Shown here: piece after piece, positions 38,772 through 49,081 of the stretch | Layout of the letters: each line of letters begins with the position of its first letter | How positions within the stretch are numbered: the first letter of the stretch is position 1 | Assembly: GCA_958296135.2 (NCBI GenBank) | Contig: CATQHZ020000001.1 | Location: forward strand, 2,592,001 to 2,656,000 | Direction of reading: 5' to 3' | Length of the DNA stretch: 64,000 bases | DNA from: an uncultured Poribacteria bacterium | GTDB lineage: Bacteria; Poribacteria; WGA-4E; WGA-3G | The notes under the pieces: model-generated | Told to the model about the DNA's origin: nothing | Databases searched by the model: none | What the model saw: only the letters and a program-made list of their open reading frames with translations | Translations under genes and position numbers: made by a program

Positions 38772-38848
38772 GCGAGGGAAAACCCGGCGAGCGCGAATCG
38801 TCGAGGGTTTCCCTCGCCATGCAACCGGCACGGAACCCGCACACCATG

Positions 38849-39736
38849 CTATCCTTGATAGGGCCGAAAACCGCGCAACATCAACCCTCTGTCGCCGGAT
38901 GCCTTCTTCGCTTCGGCGGCGCGCTTCTCTGCCGCCGCACGATTCGCTGTCGTCGTCCCGCCAACCACAACGTAGTCATCTATCCGCCGATAACGGTTGA
39001 TAAACACAGGCCGCGGTTTGTTGGACATATTCTGTTTCGAGCCGTGGACCGTCTTGACATTGAAGAAGATCGAGTCTCCCGATTTGCCCGAAACCGGCAG
39101 CGCGCTCTCCCACGGCCATTCATCTTCCGCCAAACCGAGGTGTGAGAACGTGTCAATATGCTTAAGCTGCCCCAACCGATGCGAACCGGGAACGACATGC
39201 AACGCGCCATTGCCAAGGTCTGTGTCAACAACGTAGTTCAAAATCCCCACCGGGCCTTCGTAACGGTGCTCAAAATAAGCAGAGTCCTGATGCAGATGCT
39301 TCGGATGCCCGCCGACTGGTTCTTTATAGAGGCACTGTCCATTCCCAAATAATTCTACGTTCGGGCCCAGGATCGCCTCAACAATGCTGACAGCGGTTTC
39401 GTCACAGGCAGCGCGGAAGAACGCCGCGCTCGTCTGATACCCAATCGCCAACACCATAATCTGCTTATCGCGTGCATAGCCATCGGGTGCAGGCAGAAAC
39501 AGCGTGCCGTTCGGCGTGCGCCAGCCTTCAACAATGCGTTCCGCTTCATCCAGAAGCGAGATGGACGCTGCGGCGGCGGTTTCAATATCGCGATGGAGTG
39601 CGTCAACGTAGGGGGCCATCAAGCCGCGCACGACGAGGCACCCGTGCTCTTTAAAAATAGCAGCGGCTTTCTGGACATCTAACGCATCCACCGACATTTC
39701 AATGTCCTCAATAGTTATTGTCGGTTCGTGAGTCAT
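38849..39736 (-). CDS. PhyH-family Fe/2OG dioxygenase
   Basis: LHQDSAYF, NGALHVVPGSH, GDSIFF..VHGSKQN; AGGAGGAG RBS. Confidence 0.9.
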   Translation of the reverse strand: MTHEPTITIEDIEMSVDALDVQKAAAIFKEHGCLVVRGLMAPYVDALHRDIETAAAASISLLDEAERIVEGWRTPNGTLFLPAPDGYARDKQIMVLAIGYQTSAAFFRAACDETAVSIVEAILGPNVELFGNGQCLYKEPVGGHPKHLHQDSAYFEHRYEGPVGILNYVVDTDLGNGALHVVPGSHRLGQLKHIDTFSHLGLAEDEWPWESALPVSGKSGDSIFFNVKTVHGSKQNMSNKPRPVFINRYRRIDDYVVVGGTTTANRAAAEKRAAEAKKASGDRGLMLRGFRPYQG

Positions 39737-39756
39737 GAAAACTCCTCCTTTGGCAA

Positions 39757-40098
39757 CTAGCCCCACGGCGGCCGCCGGCCCGTCAACTCCTTCAGATAAT
39801 CCGCCGTTTTACGGACATCCGCCTTGAGTTTCCGGCGCGACTGCTTCCGAGAGGTATCCTCCGCCGAATAGGTAACGCGATAGGTGCCGTTATTCTTCCG
39901 GCGCAGCGTATACTCGCCGGGCACATTCCGATTTACATAGCGGAGCATGTCGTGCAACAGCCAATAGACATCTTCCGGAGAATATCGGAGGCTATTCTGC
40001 GTCGATTCTTTCCCTACCGCGTCAAGCGTCCGCTGCACAACATCCACGACTTCAGCCAGCGTCCACGACTTATTTTCCGGTAAATGAATCTCGTTCAT
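39757..40098 (-). CDS. Hypothetical protein
   Basis: ORF in operon context; no recognisable motif. Confidence 0.5.
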   Translation of the reverse strand: MNEIHLPENKSWTLAEVVDVVQRTLDAVGKESTQNSLRYSPEDVYWLLHDMLRYVNRNVPGEYTLRRKNNGTYRVTYSAEDTSRKQSRRKLKADVRKTADYLKELTGRRPPWG

Positions 40099-40393
40099 GA
40101 TGGACACCCCATTCTCCTCTGTCTGACTTCTCATACAGATTGACACCATCGCGCTGAATCTGTTGAATCATCGCAGGATTTTCAATCTGATTGAAAATCG
40201 ATAAGTCTATCATATAAGGCAAAAGCAAATCGTCCAATTCTGTGTCAATGCGTGAGAGCACGCTATGCGTGAGTTCAACCCCCCAATCTGAAAACTCGCG
40301 TCGCCGCGCGAGCTCAACTCCCTCTTTCAATCTGGAAAAGGCGTTGCGAAAACTTCCAGCTCTCTGGACCCAACGAATGTCTGATTCGTTCAT
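40070..40393 (-). pseudogene. In-frame chimera of a HI0074-type HEPN N-terminus and an MNT nucleotidyltransferase C-terminus
   Basis: DIRWVQR..F..L..GVEL...EFSD (start of a HI0074 family protein) is joined to ELDDLLLPYMIDLSIFNQIENP..I.R.G..LYEK (end of an MNT). Confidence 0.7.
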
Positions 40394-40405
40394 CGCACGG
40401 ACTCC

Positions 40406-41515
40406 TTAAACTGCCTCCAACTTAATCGTAGGCATCCGGATAGGCCGCGCATCGCGCAGGATTTCTTCACCACCATTGCGCACCTGAATAAGCTGCGCCG
40501 CAATGCTTACCGCAATCTCCGGCACCGTCTTGGAGTGAATATCCAACCCAATCGGCGCATAAACCCGGCGGAGGTTCTCCGTAGAAATCCCCGCCTCCTG
40601 AAGATCATCGAAGATAAGTTTAATCTTCCGGCGACTGCCGATTAAGCCGATATAGCGCGCGTCCGATTCAACGACGCTGTGCAACGCAGACTCATCATGC
40701 TGATGCCCGCGCGTCACAATGACAACATAGGTGAGATGGTTAATCGGGTATTTTTGGAGCTCCGTAGCGATATCCCCGATGATAATCTCGTCCGCCTCCG
40801 GCAACCGAGATGTTGACGCAAAGTCTGCCCTATCGTCAACGATGGCGATGTCAAAATCGAGCCAATTGCCGAGGTGACAGAGTGCCTGGCCGACATGTCC
40901 CGCGCCCGCGATAAGCAAAGTGGGGCGCGGCTGAAGCGGCTCCAGAAAAACAGATGCACTACCGTCTGTTGCCCGAAACATCCCTGCACGGTTCTTTTCC
41001 AGAATGCTGCCGGTCTCCTTCTCCACGGCTGCTTCTAACGCCGCGTCGCCCAACGTGCCGACACGTTCACCGTTGGTGGGGAAGAGCATCTTCATGCCAA
41101 CCTCCACGCCGCGCTGCTCGCTTTTCACAACCGTCGCACAGACAAGCGGGATCTTTTGCACGTTCAACTCTTGCAGCCGGGTGAACATGTCTGCTTCCGT
41201 GCGCGTCTTCGGCAAATCGATGAAGATTTTCATATTGCCGCCGCAGATAAGCCCATCATCCCAACCGTAGTCGCTATCCAATTGGAATTCGAGAAGCCGC
41301 GGCACGCCGCCTTGCATCAAGCCAATGGCTTGTCGACGCGCTTCCGCTTCCACGCAGCCGCCACCGAGAGTGCCGATATTCTGAAGATCTGGGAGAATGA
41401 GCAACTTTGAACCCGGCTTTTGAGGCGTGGAGCCTCTCGTATCTACAACGGTGCAGTAGGCACCGACTTGCGCGGCACCAATGAGTTCTGGAATTTTTTG
41501 ATATATCTCTCTCAT
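40406..41515 (-). CDS. xdhC: XdhC/CoxI family molybdoenzyme accessory protein
   Basis: RGSTPQKPG, GTLGGGCVE, GLICGG, IAGAGHVG, VTRGH, YIGLIGSRRK, APIGLDI, PEIAVSI. Confidence 0.9.
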   Translation of the reverse strand: MREIYQKIPELIGAAQVGAYCTVVDTRGSTPQKPGSKLLILPDLQNIGTLGGGCVEAEARRQAIGLMQGGVPRLLEFQLDSDYGWDDGLICGGNMKIFIDLPKTRTEADMFTRLQELNVQKIPLVCATVVKSEQRGVEVGMKMLFPTNGERVGTLGDAALEAAVEKETGSILEKNRAGMFRATDGSASVFLEPLQPRPTLLIAGAGHVGQALCHLGNWLDFDIAIVDDRADFASTSRLPEADEIIIGDIATELQKYPINHLTYVVIVTRGHQHDESALHSVVESDARYIGLIGSRRKIKLIFDDLQEAGISTENLRRVYAPIGLDIHSKTVPEIAVSIAAQLIQVRNGGEEILRDARPIRMPTIKLEAV

Positions 41516-42411
41516 TTTATCTGTTCCGCAGCACTCTGTGCTACCAACGCTTTAAACAACTCCCGTTGTCGTTCAGTCAGCGCGAGCGGGACAATGCCCT
41601 CCACGCCATCGCGTCCGATTTTCGCAGGCACGTTCAAGTAAACCGATACCTGCCCGGCCGAAACAGGGGTGCCGAGGCTCATCACCCGTTTTTTATCCCG
41701 GACGATAGCCGAAACAACCTGTAAAATATGGCTCGCCAGCGTGTAACCCCCCTCGGAACAAGAGGCACAAGACTTTGCACTGTCCATTTTTGCACTGTCT
41801 ACTAACGCCTCAACCTCGGCTTCGGGCATCAACTGCGCGAGCGGAATACCGTTGACTCGGCAGTACTGCGGAAGGGGATGCGTGCCCTGGTCGTTCCCAA
41901 TCGCTAGCGCGCTCACATCTTTTACCGAAACGCCGAGCTGCGCCGCAATACGGTATATCAGGTGTGCCGTGGCAGTGCCATTTCCGAGCCCCATAACCCG
42001 CGCGTCACCGCCGATAGCCTGATGCATCCACGCAGCAACGTAATTCGCCGGAGACATCGCCACCAAAACCTTGGCATCTGGTGCCAACTCCTTGATGCCC
42101 GGTGCAACCTGCCGTGCAAGCGCGAGACTCACCGTCTTAGAGGCTTGGGCAGAACGGAAAGCGGTTTGGCCCGCCGGCGGCAGCACGACGACGATGTCTG
42201 CACCCGACAACCCATCCAGTGAATGGGAGAAGGAAATCGCCGTGTCGCTGGCACAGAGCGCGTTGGCTTTGGCAAGTTCCTCTGGGTTTCCTTGCGCGCG
42301 CGCAGCATGCATGCCTGTCACAAAGGCGAGCTCACTCACCAATTCTGATTGTCCCAAACCCCAGGCAACTGTCTGAGCGAACGGACTATTTCCAAACAAA
42401 ACTATTTTCAT
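41512..42411 (-). CDS. Lactate/malate dehydrogenase-fold protein lacking catalytic residues
   Basis: GADIVVV, APDAKVLV, IAAQLGVSVKDV, VNGIPL, AIVRDKKRV and VPAKIGRDGVE resemble MDH. GxGxxG and the catalytic His, Asp and Arg are absent. Confidence 0.75.
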   Translation of the reverse strand: MKIVLFGNSPFAQTVAWGLGQSELVSELAFVTGMHAARAQGNPEELAKANALCASDTAISFSHSLDGLSGADIVVVLPPAGQTAFRSAQASKTVSLALARQVAPGIKELAPDAKVLVAMSPANYVAAWMHQAIGGDARVMGLGNGTATAHLIYRIAAQLGVSVKDVSALAIGNDQGTHPLPQYCRVNGIPLAQLMPEAEVEALVDSAKMDSAKSCASCSEGGYTLASHILQVVSAIVRDKKRVMSLGTPVSAGQVSVYLNVPAKIGRDGVEGIVPLALTERQRELFKALVAQSAAEQIK

Positions 42412-42470
42412 TAACTATCCTCAAGACAAACGATAAACCGCCCGACTACGAACCGGTCTCTAATTCCAAC

Positions 42471-42504
42471 CTGTAGTTCGGGCTCGGGCGAGCCCGAACT
42501 ACAG
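42471..42504. repeat. GTAG REP-like palindrome
   Basis: ctgtagttcgggctcg-gg-cgagcccgaactacag is a perfect inverted repeat. Confidence 0.8.
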
Positions 42505-42567
42505 ACGCGAAAAAAATCAACGTCATTTAGCATCGGAAGCACTCAAACAGCAACGAAAAGCATCCGC

Positions 42568-45387
42568 CTACAACAGCGTCTCAACGATCGCCTGAAACTG
42601 CGCCTCCAGGTGCTGACGCTGGCTGTCCATCTCTGAACCGGCTGCCAACTTTGTCGCCACCAGCTCGTCATAGCGTTCGACGTATTCCATCAAGGACTCC
42701 ACCTCTTTTTCATAACAAATCGCAGCGGCGAGGACCTTCTCTTTCAGCAACAGCGGGAGTTCCGCCTCCGTAATCTGAGTCAACTCCCATCGCCACACCT
42801 TTTCGGAGATATGGCCGACAAACTGATTCATCAGCTCACCCTGATACTCGGTGTTTTGAAGTGCCTTGACTTCTTGAACTAAGCCTAACACGTGGTTGAA
42901 GAGTTCGTCCGGGAACTGCTTCCGCAAGTCCATCAGGAGCCTCCCTGTCGTGGATATCGGGAGATGGTTCTGCAAGAGGAACATCCGCAAATTCGGATAA
43001 TCTGCCACGGTCTTGCAATCGTCAAGCCATGTCTCTCCGATTGCCGGCAAGTCGCTCAAATCGAAACTGAGCACCTGGTTCTTCCGAATGTCTTCTAGCG
43101 CGGCGGCACGCGGATTGAGGCCCGCCTCGGCTAAAGTGACGAACGCCTCTTCCTGCCGGTAAGGTTTCAGGAAATCGATGAGATCTGTCACCTTCACCTG
43201 TGCCGCCTCAAGCACCTCAAGGGTATCGGTATCCACGGCTTTCCGCGTCTGTCCCTGGTTCCGATTCTTCCGCTTCTTGGGCGCGTTCGCGAGGCGGTTC
43301 GCGCGCTTCGCCAACGTCTCACGGTAACCCTGCAATTCCTCACGGAGCTGGGAGAGAAGCAGATCTCCGTGGATGGCGAGCATCTCTTCCGTCGTAATTT
43401 CTGCCAATTCGTGCCCTGTTTTCGCGTTGAGGCCGCGATTCAGGTGCCGCTCTAACGTCTTCCGGTCTTTCTCACCTTGGATGATAAGGGTGCTCCCCAA
43501 AGTCAGGTTAATAAGCCGCTTCGTCTGATGTGGCACACTGAGCGTGATGTCGCACGTCGGCTGAAACTTCTCCAGCAATTGCTCCCGCAACTTCCCATTC
43601 AGCACGAGCGTCCACAAAGTTGCGTAGTGCTGCGCCTTGTCCGCGCCCTGCGAGGGCGTGTTTTCCAGCCATCGCTTTATCGTGGGAAAACGCGCTTTCA
43701 CATAGTTCAGCAGTTCCGTAGCATCGTCATCAGAGATTTCAAACCCTGCAAAATCGGGCGTGCCCCTGCGCTGTGCCTGCTGCCGTCTGCGCTGCGCCAA
43801 TGCCGTTTTCGGCGCAAGCAACAGATTGACTAACGGCCGAATAAACGCCTCAAAATCTTGCCGATGCTGACTCGCGAAGTTCGCCACCGCCAGCAATTCT
43901 AGCCAGATAGTGCGCAGACGTTCAATCTGCCGCGCGTGGTAGGTTGAATGGAGCTCGATGCCAGCGATTTTCTGCCGCACGCTCGCGCGCGTCCATGCCG
44001 GCAGATACATCTCATCCAGAAACTCGCCGTTCTCAAAGGTTAAGAGCTCCACCGGGGCGACAAGCCCCGCACCGATGAAGTCTGTCTCAAAAACCAGCTC
44101 ATGAACCAAACCCGCCGCTCTATCCAACACCTGATTCGTCAGTCGGTAACTCGCCTGAATCAGGTGGTTCAGCGTCAGTTGTTGGCTATCCTGCAGCTGC
44201 CAAAATTCTATCATCGCATCGATGCACCGCGTGAGTGCTTCTACCTTTGACGTTGCAGCTTCTTCCTCAAAATGTTCGGTGAGATAGGCGGCGTAGTAGT
44301 CCACAAACGCCGCGATAGTATTCCGCAACTCCTGAGTCACAAGGCCATCCCAAACCTTGTTGTGGACGCGTTGACCCGGGCTCAGCACGAGAGCCCGCAA
44401 CCGAGTTTCCACACCTTGTTGGAATTGCGCCATCAGTTGATAGGCGTGTTGGTTCGCCTTCACCATATACGTTTCAACGTACTCGGAACTCTTATGAATC
44501 GCCGCTTCAAGCTGTTCGGGGGACGCGGTGAGTGCAATAGGCACCAACTTCAGGACTTCCGGTTCAAGCGGATCATAAACGGCAGCCGTCGCGAGGACTT
44601 CCACAGATTGGGAAGCCGCCGCTTCATCTGTCGTTTCCGCTTCTGCCGCGTCGTCGTGTCTCAGTCCCGCCTTATCAGCCAACCGAGTTTGCAGGTTAAG
44701 ACAGTATCCTAAATCAATGAAATCCGGATACTGCCGAATATGCGTCCGCAGCACGACAAGTAGCACATCGTGATGCTCATCCGCCTGAAGTGTCTCCATC
44801 AACACATCTTCGTTCAGATGGAGGCGATGGATGTGTGTCTGCTCTGGGATAATCACCGTCGCGGGTGGAATAGTCCCAGCATCGTCATCAGGAGGTTGCG
44901 CGAGGATGTATCCTCCTGTTTTGATAGTGCTAGGCACTGCCAAGCGGGCTTGCAAGATTTCCTGCGCGAGCTCCGAAAGCTTAAGCGAAGTGCCTAAGTG
45001 TTGAACGAGAATCTCAGAAAGAACACCATCCGCAAAATCGGTGATTTGGCGCGCGTTGCGTTCTAACTCCTGGATGCTCCGATGGACTCTGTCGTAGTCG
45101 TCAAGCGTCTCAGCAGAGATACGCGCCTCGTCAATCCAAGACACCCATGCCCCAGGGCGCGGTTTCATCTTGAGCGTGAAACTGCCATCTTCTGCATCAA
45201 AGCCGGGCAGAATCTCGCTCTCGGAAGTCTCCTTGGGCGTCCAGACGATGAGGTGCTTGTCACCCTTCACACCGAGCGCGAGCCCGAAGGTATCGCCCCA
45301 GCTCATCCGGCCCTCAAGACTGGCCTTGATTTTGTCGGTTAACGCGTGGAGCGTATCTGTTTGAAAATTCAGTGATAAACTATGCAT
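42568..45387 (-). CDS. Large, apparently helical hypothetical protein (939 aa)
   Basis: Long uninterrupted ORF with natural composition; no motif recognised. Confidence 0.7.
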   Translation of the reverse strand: MHSLSLNFQTDTLHALTDKIKASLEGRMSWGDTFGLALGVKGDKHLIVWTPKETSESEILPGFDAEDGSFTLKMKPRPGAWVSWIDEARISAETLDDYDRVHRSIQELERNARQITDFADGVLSEILVQHLGTSLKLSELAQEILQARLAVPSTIKTGGYILAQPPDDDAGTIPPATVIIPEQTHIHRLHLNEDVLMETLQADEHHDVLLVVLRTHIRQYPDFIDLGYCLNLQTRLADKAGLRHDDAAEAETTDEAAASQSVEVLATAAVYDPLEPEVLKLVPIALTASPEQLEAAIHKSSEYVETYMVKANQHAYQLMAQFQQGVETRLRALVLSPGQRVHNKVWDGLVTQELRNTIAAFVDYYAAYLTEHFEEEAATSKVEALTRCIDAMIEFWQLQDSQQLTLNHLIQASYRLTNQVLDRAAGLVHELVFETDFIGAGLVAPVELLTFENGEFLDEMYLPAWTRASVRQKIAGIELHSTYHARQIERLRTIWLELLAVANFASQHRQDFEAFIRPLVNLLLAPKTALAQRRRQQAQRRGTPDFAGFEISDDDATELLNYVKARFPTIKRWLENTPSQGADKAQHYATLWTLVLNGKLREQLLEKFQPTCDITLSVPHQTKRLINLTLGSTLIIQGEKDRKTLERHLNRGLNAKTGHELAEITTEEMLAIHGDLLLSQLREELQGYRETLAKRANRLANAPKKRKNRNQGQTRKAVDTDTLEVLEAAQVKVTDLIDFLKPYRQEEAFVTLAEAGLNPRAAALEDIRKNQVLSFDLSDLPAIGETWLDDCKTVADYPNLRMFLLQNHLPISTTGRLLMDLRKQFPDELFNHVLGLVQEVKALQNTEYQGELMNQFVGHISEKVWRWELTQITEAELPLLLKEKVLAAAICYEKEVESLMEYVERYDELVATKLAAGSEMDSQRQHLEAQFQAIVETLL

Positions 45388-45444
45388 TGGGTTGATTCAA
45401 AACTACTGTCGTCAAAAATGGCGTATGCCTCAATCTAATAGCGG

Positions 45445-46011
45445 TTACGCTAGAAAAACTGCCTCTCCTATTTCAAGCCCCCACACATCCCATCCCGGGC
45501 TCTGTTTGCGGGCGAAAAGTTCAATCTTACGTTGAGCTGGAAACATCGCGGCAATCCGGTCACGCACTGCATCCGGTTTCTCAGAATGGCGCGTCCGTTT
45601 GGATCGGACAAGCTGCTTGACGTTCCTCGCGCCCCTCGGCTGTGGAATCTTGCCGCGTTTGAAAACAAGGCACAACTCGCACTGGCTCATCGTGTAAAAA
45701 CCGGGGTTAACAGACTCCTTATCCCAAACAAACGCCACTGTCACCCACTGAAACCCCCACGCCTTGCCGAGTCCTATCGCCTGGTCCAAATGCGGCGACG
45801 AACTCCACATAAAGAGGAGACAATCCTCGGCACTGATAGCGGCGATATCCCACGCCGCCATGTCCGAAACGGAAACCGTGGGATAATGCCGAATCGCGCC
45901 GCCGCTATCCCTACCACCGGCACCGGTGTGCTGGAGTTGCCCCTTGTAATCCCACGGCGGATCAGCGTAGATGATGGCATACCGTTTGTTTGGAAACGGC
46001 GCATGCCGCAT
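45445..46011 (-). CDS. MT-A70 family adenine methyltransferase
   Basis: IIYADPPW, HYPT, LFMW, AWGF, HSEKP, IELFAR, GWDVWG. Confidence 0.9.
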   Translation of the reverse strand: MRHAPFPNKRYAIIYADPPWDYKGQLQHTGAGGRDSGGAIRHYPTVSVSDMAAWDIAAISAEDCLLFMWSSSPHLDQAIGLGKAWGFQWVTVAFVWDKESVNPGFYTMSQCELCLVFKRGKIPQPRGARNVKQLVRSKRTRHSEKPDAVRDRIAAMFPAQRKIELFARKQSPGWDVWGLEIGEAVFLA

Positions 46012-46018
46012 CGCGCGC

Positions 46019-46567
46019 CTACTGTGCTTCAACACTGAGCCCCTCTTGTGCGATATCGTTGTTCGCAACAAGCATGTCCCGGTCGAAAATGAAATCCTTG
46101 CGGTTGCTACCGAGGCTTTCTCCCTCTTGCTGGCGTTCACGGAAGTATTGCGGCAACGTCAAGCCGGTCATCCGGATGGCATCCTCAGGACATGCCTCAA
46201 CGCAGTAACCGCAAAAGATGCACCGAAGCATGTTAATCTCAAAGACATCTGGATACTTCTCGCGCGGGTAGCCCTCCTGCGTCGTCCAGCCCTCAGGCGC
46301 AGGCGAAGCCTGAATCGTGATGCAATCGGCCGGACACGCAGTAGCGCACAAGAAGCACGCGACACACTTAATCTCGTCTTTGTCCGTCGTCGTCAACTTG
46401 TGAATCCCCCGATACCGCTCGTTGCGTTCATTGACGCTCCTCGGGTCTTCGGGATACTGATAGGTGAGTTTCTTCTTCGGGATATGCTTCAACGTCGTGA
46501 ACATCCCCTTGAGCAAAGCCGGGATATAGAGTCTATCCCAAAACGACATTTCTTCGTTGACTTTCAT
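46019..46567 (-). CDS. nuoI: NADH-quinone oxidoreductase subunit I
   Basis: TYQYPE, RYRGIH, CVACFLCATACP, CIFCGYCVEACPEDAI. Confidence 0.9.
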   Translation of the reverse strand: MKVNEEMSFWDRLYIPALLKGMFTTLKHIPKKKLTYQYPEDPRSVNERNERYRGIHKLTTTDKDEIKCVACFLCATACPADCITIQASPAPEGWTTQEGYPREKYPDVFEINMLRCIFCGYCVEACPEDAIRMTGLTLPQYFRERQQEGESLGSNRKDFIFDRDMLVANNDIAQEGLSVEAQ

Positions 46568-46654
46568 AACAGCGTTCCTTTCTCGGTTAGGACAGACGCA
46601 GAACAAACCTATAGAGCATTGTAGCATTTGCGTCTATCCTGTTGATAGTATCAA

Positions 46655-48166
<1,512 letters not shown>

Positions 48167-48326
48167 TTACACTATAAAACAGAAACCCTATCCTTTCGCC
48201 TGCGCGATGCAGGTTTCTGAACGTTTTTCTCACCAACGATGACATTATTATTACATAGTTGCACTTTTTTGTCAAGAAATTTCATCTTTTTTTTTTAACA
48301 ATTTCGTCTGGGTGGCCGCATTTGCA

Positions 48327-48477
48327 GTAGGAGAGACATCCCGCGTCTCGATTTTCTGCAGTAGGAGAGACCTCCCGGTCTCAATGTGCATGGTATCACG
48401 GCTCAATATGCGCGGTATCGGGACAAGGATGTCCCGCCTACTGCCCGTGGTATTGGGACAAGGATGTCCCGCCTACC
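48327..48477. repeat. Cluster of four REP-like palindromes (BIME-like)
   Basis: Two gtaggagagac..gtctc units (also at 14914 and 22968) face two gggacaaggatgtcccgcctac units. Confidence 0.75.
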
Positions 48478-48485
48478 GCCTGTCG

Positions 48486-48815
48486 TTAGGGCCGATTAGC
48501 AAAGAAACTGACGACAGCCGCGACGAGCGCGCTCGCCGCACCCACGATGATACCGAGCACCGTCCGATTGCGCTTCGCGTGCTTATCGCGCTCCTCCAAC
48601 TTTGTGAGGATGACGCGCACATCCGCGCGTATCTCTTCCACGGCAAGCTGCAACACCTGCACCTTCTCATTCACAGCCTGGATGCCGCGGCGATTCTCGT
48701 CAATACGGCGACCGTTCTCGTCAATCCCCCGGCGGTTATAGGAGACTTCGCCTTCCAAGCGCACCAAACGCTCTTTCACGTCCTCCTTAAATTCCCGAAA
48801 TTCTTTCTCAGTCAT
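48486..48815 (-). CDS. Short tail-anchored coiled-coil protein (paralog of 17004..17909)
   Basis: EFREF..ERLVRLE, N-containing heptads (NRRGIDE NGRRIDE NRRGIQA), ILTKLEERD, C-terminal TM with ASALVA. Confidence 0.75.
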   Translation of the reverse strand: MTEKEFREFKEDVKERLVRLEGEVSYNRRGIDENGRRIDENRRGIQAVNEKVQVLQLAVEEIRADVRVILTKLEERDKHAKRNRTVLGIIVGAASALVAAVVSFFANRP

Positions 48816-48992
48816 GATTCAACTCCCTTTTTTATCGGCGGCGGACAGCGACACCCCCACTCGGTTAGGTTTATTGCGGCAGGGCAGCATTATTCAGTGC
48901 CGCTTAGATTGCCGCGAGGCAAGTTTTGTTAAGTCAAAATTGATACAAAACATAGTTTACCACAAAATCAAATTTATTGCAAAGAATTTTTC

Positions 48993-49021
48993 TTGACATT
49001 TCCCCCAAAATATCGTATAAT
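48993..49021 (+). promoter_or_regulatory. Consensus sigma70 promoter for mod-res locus 2
   Basis: TTGACA-N17-TATAAT. A divergent TTGCAA-N17-TAAACT lies on the minus strand at 48954-48982. Confidence 0.8.
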
Positions 49022-49081
49022 ATATAGTATCAAGACAGACGCAGAACAACCAGCGACATTCGCGACAACAGGAGCCGCAAC

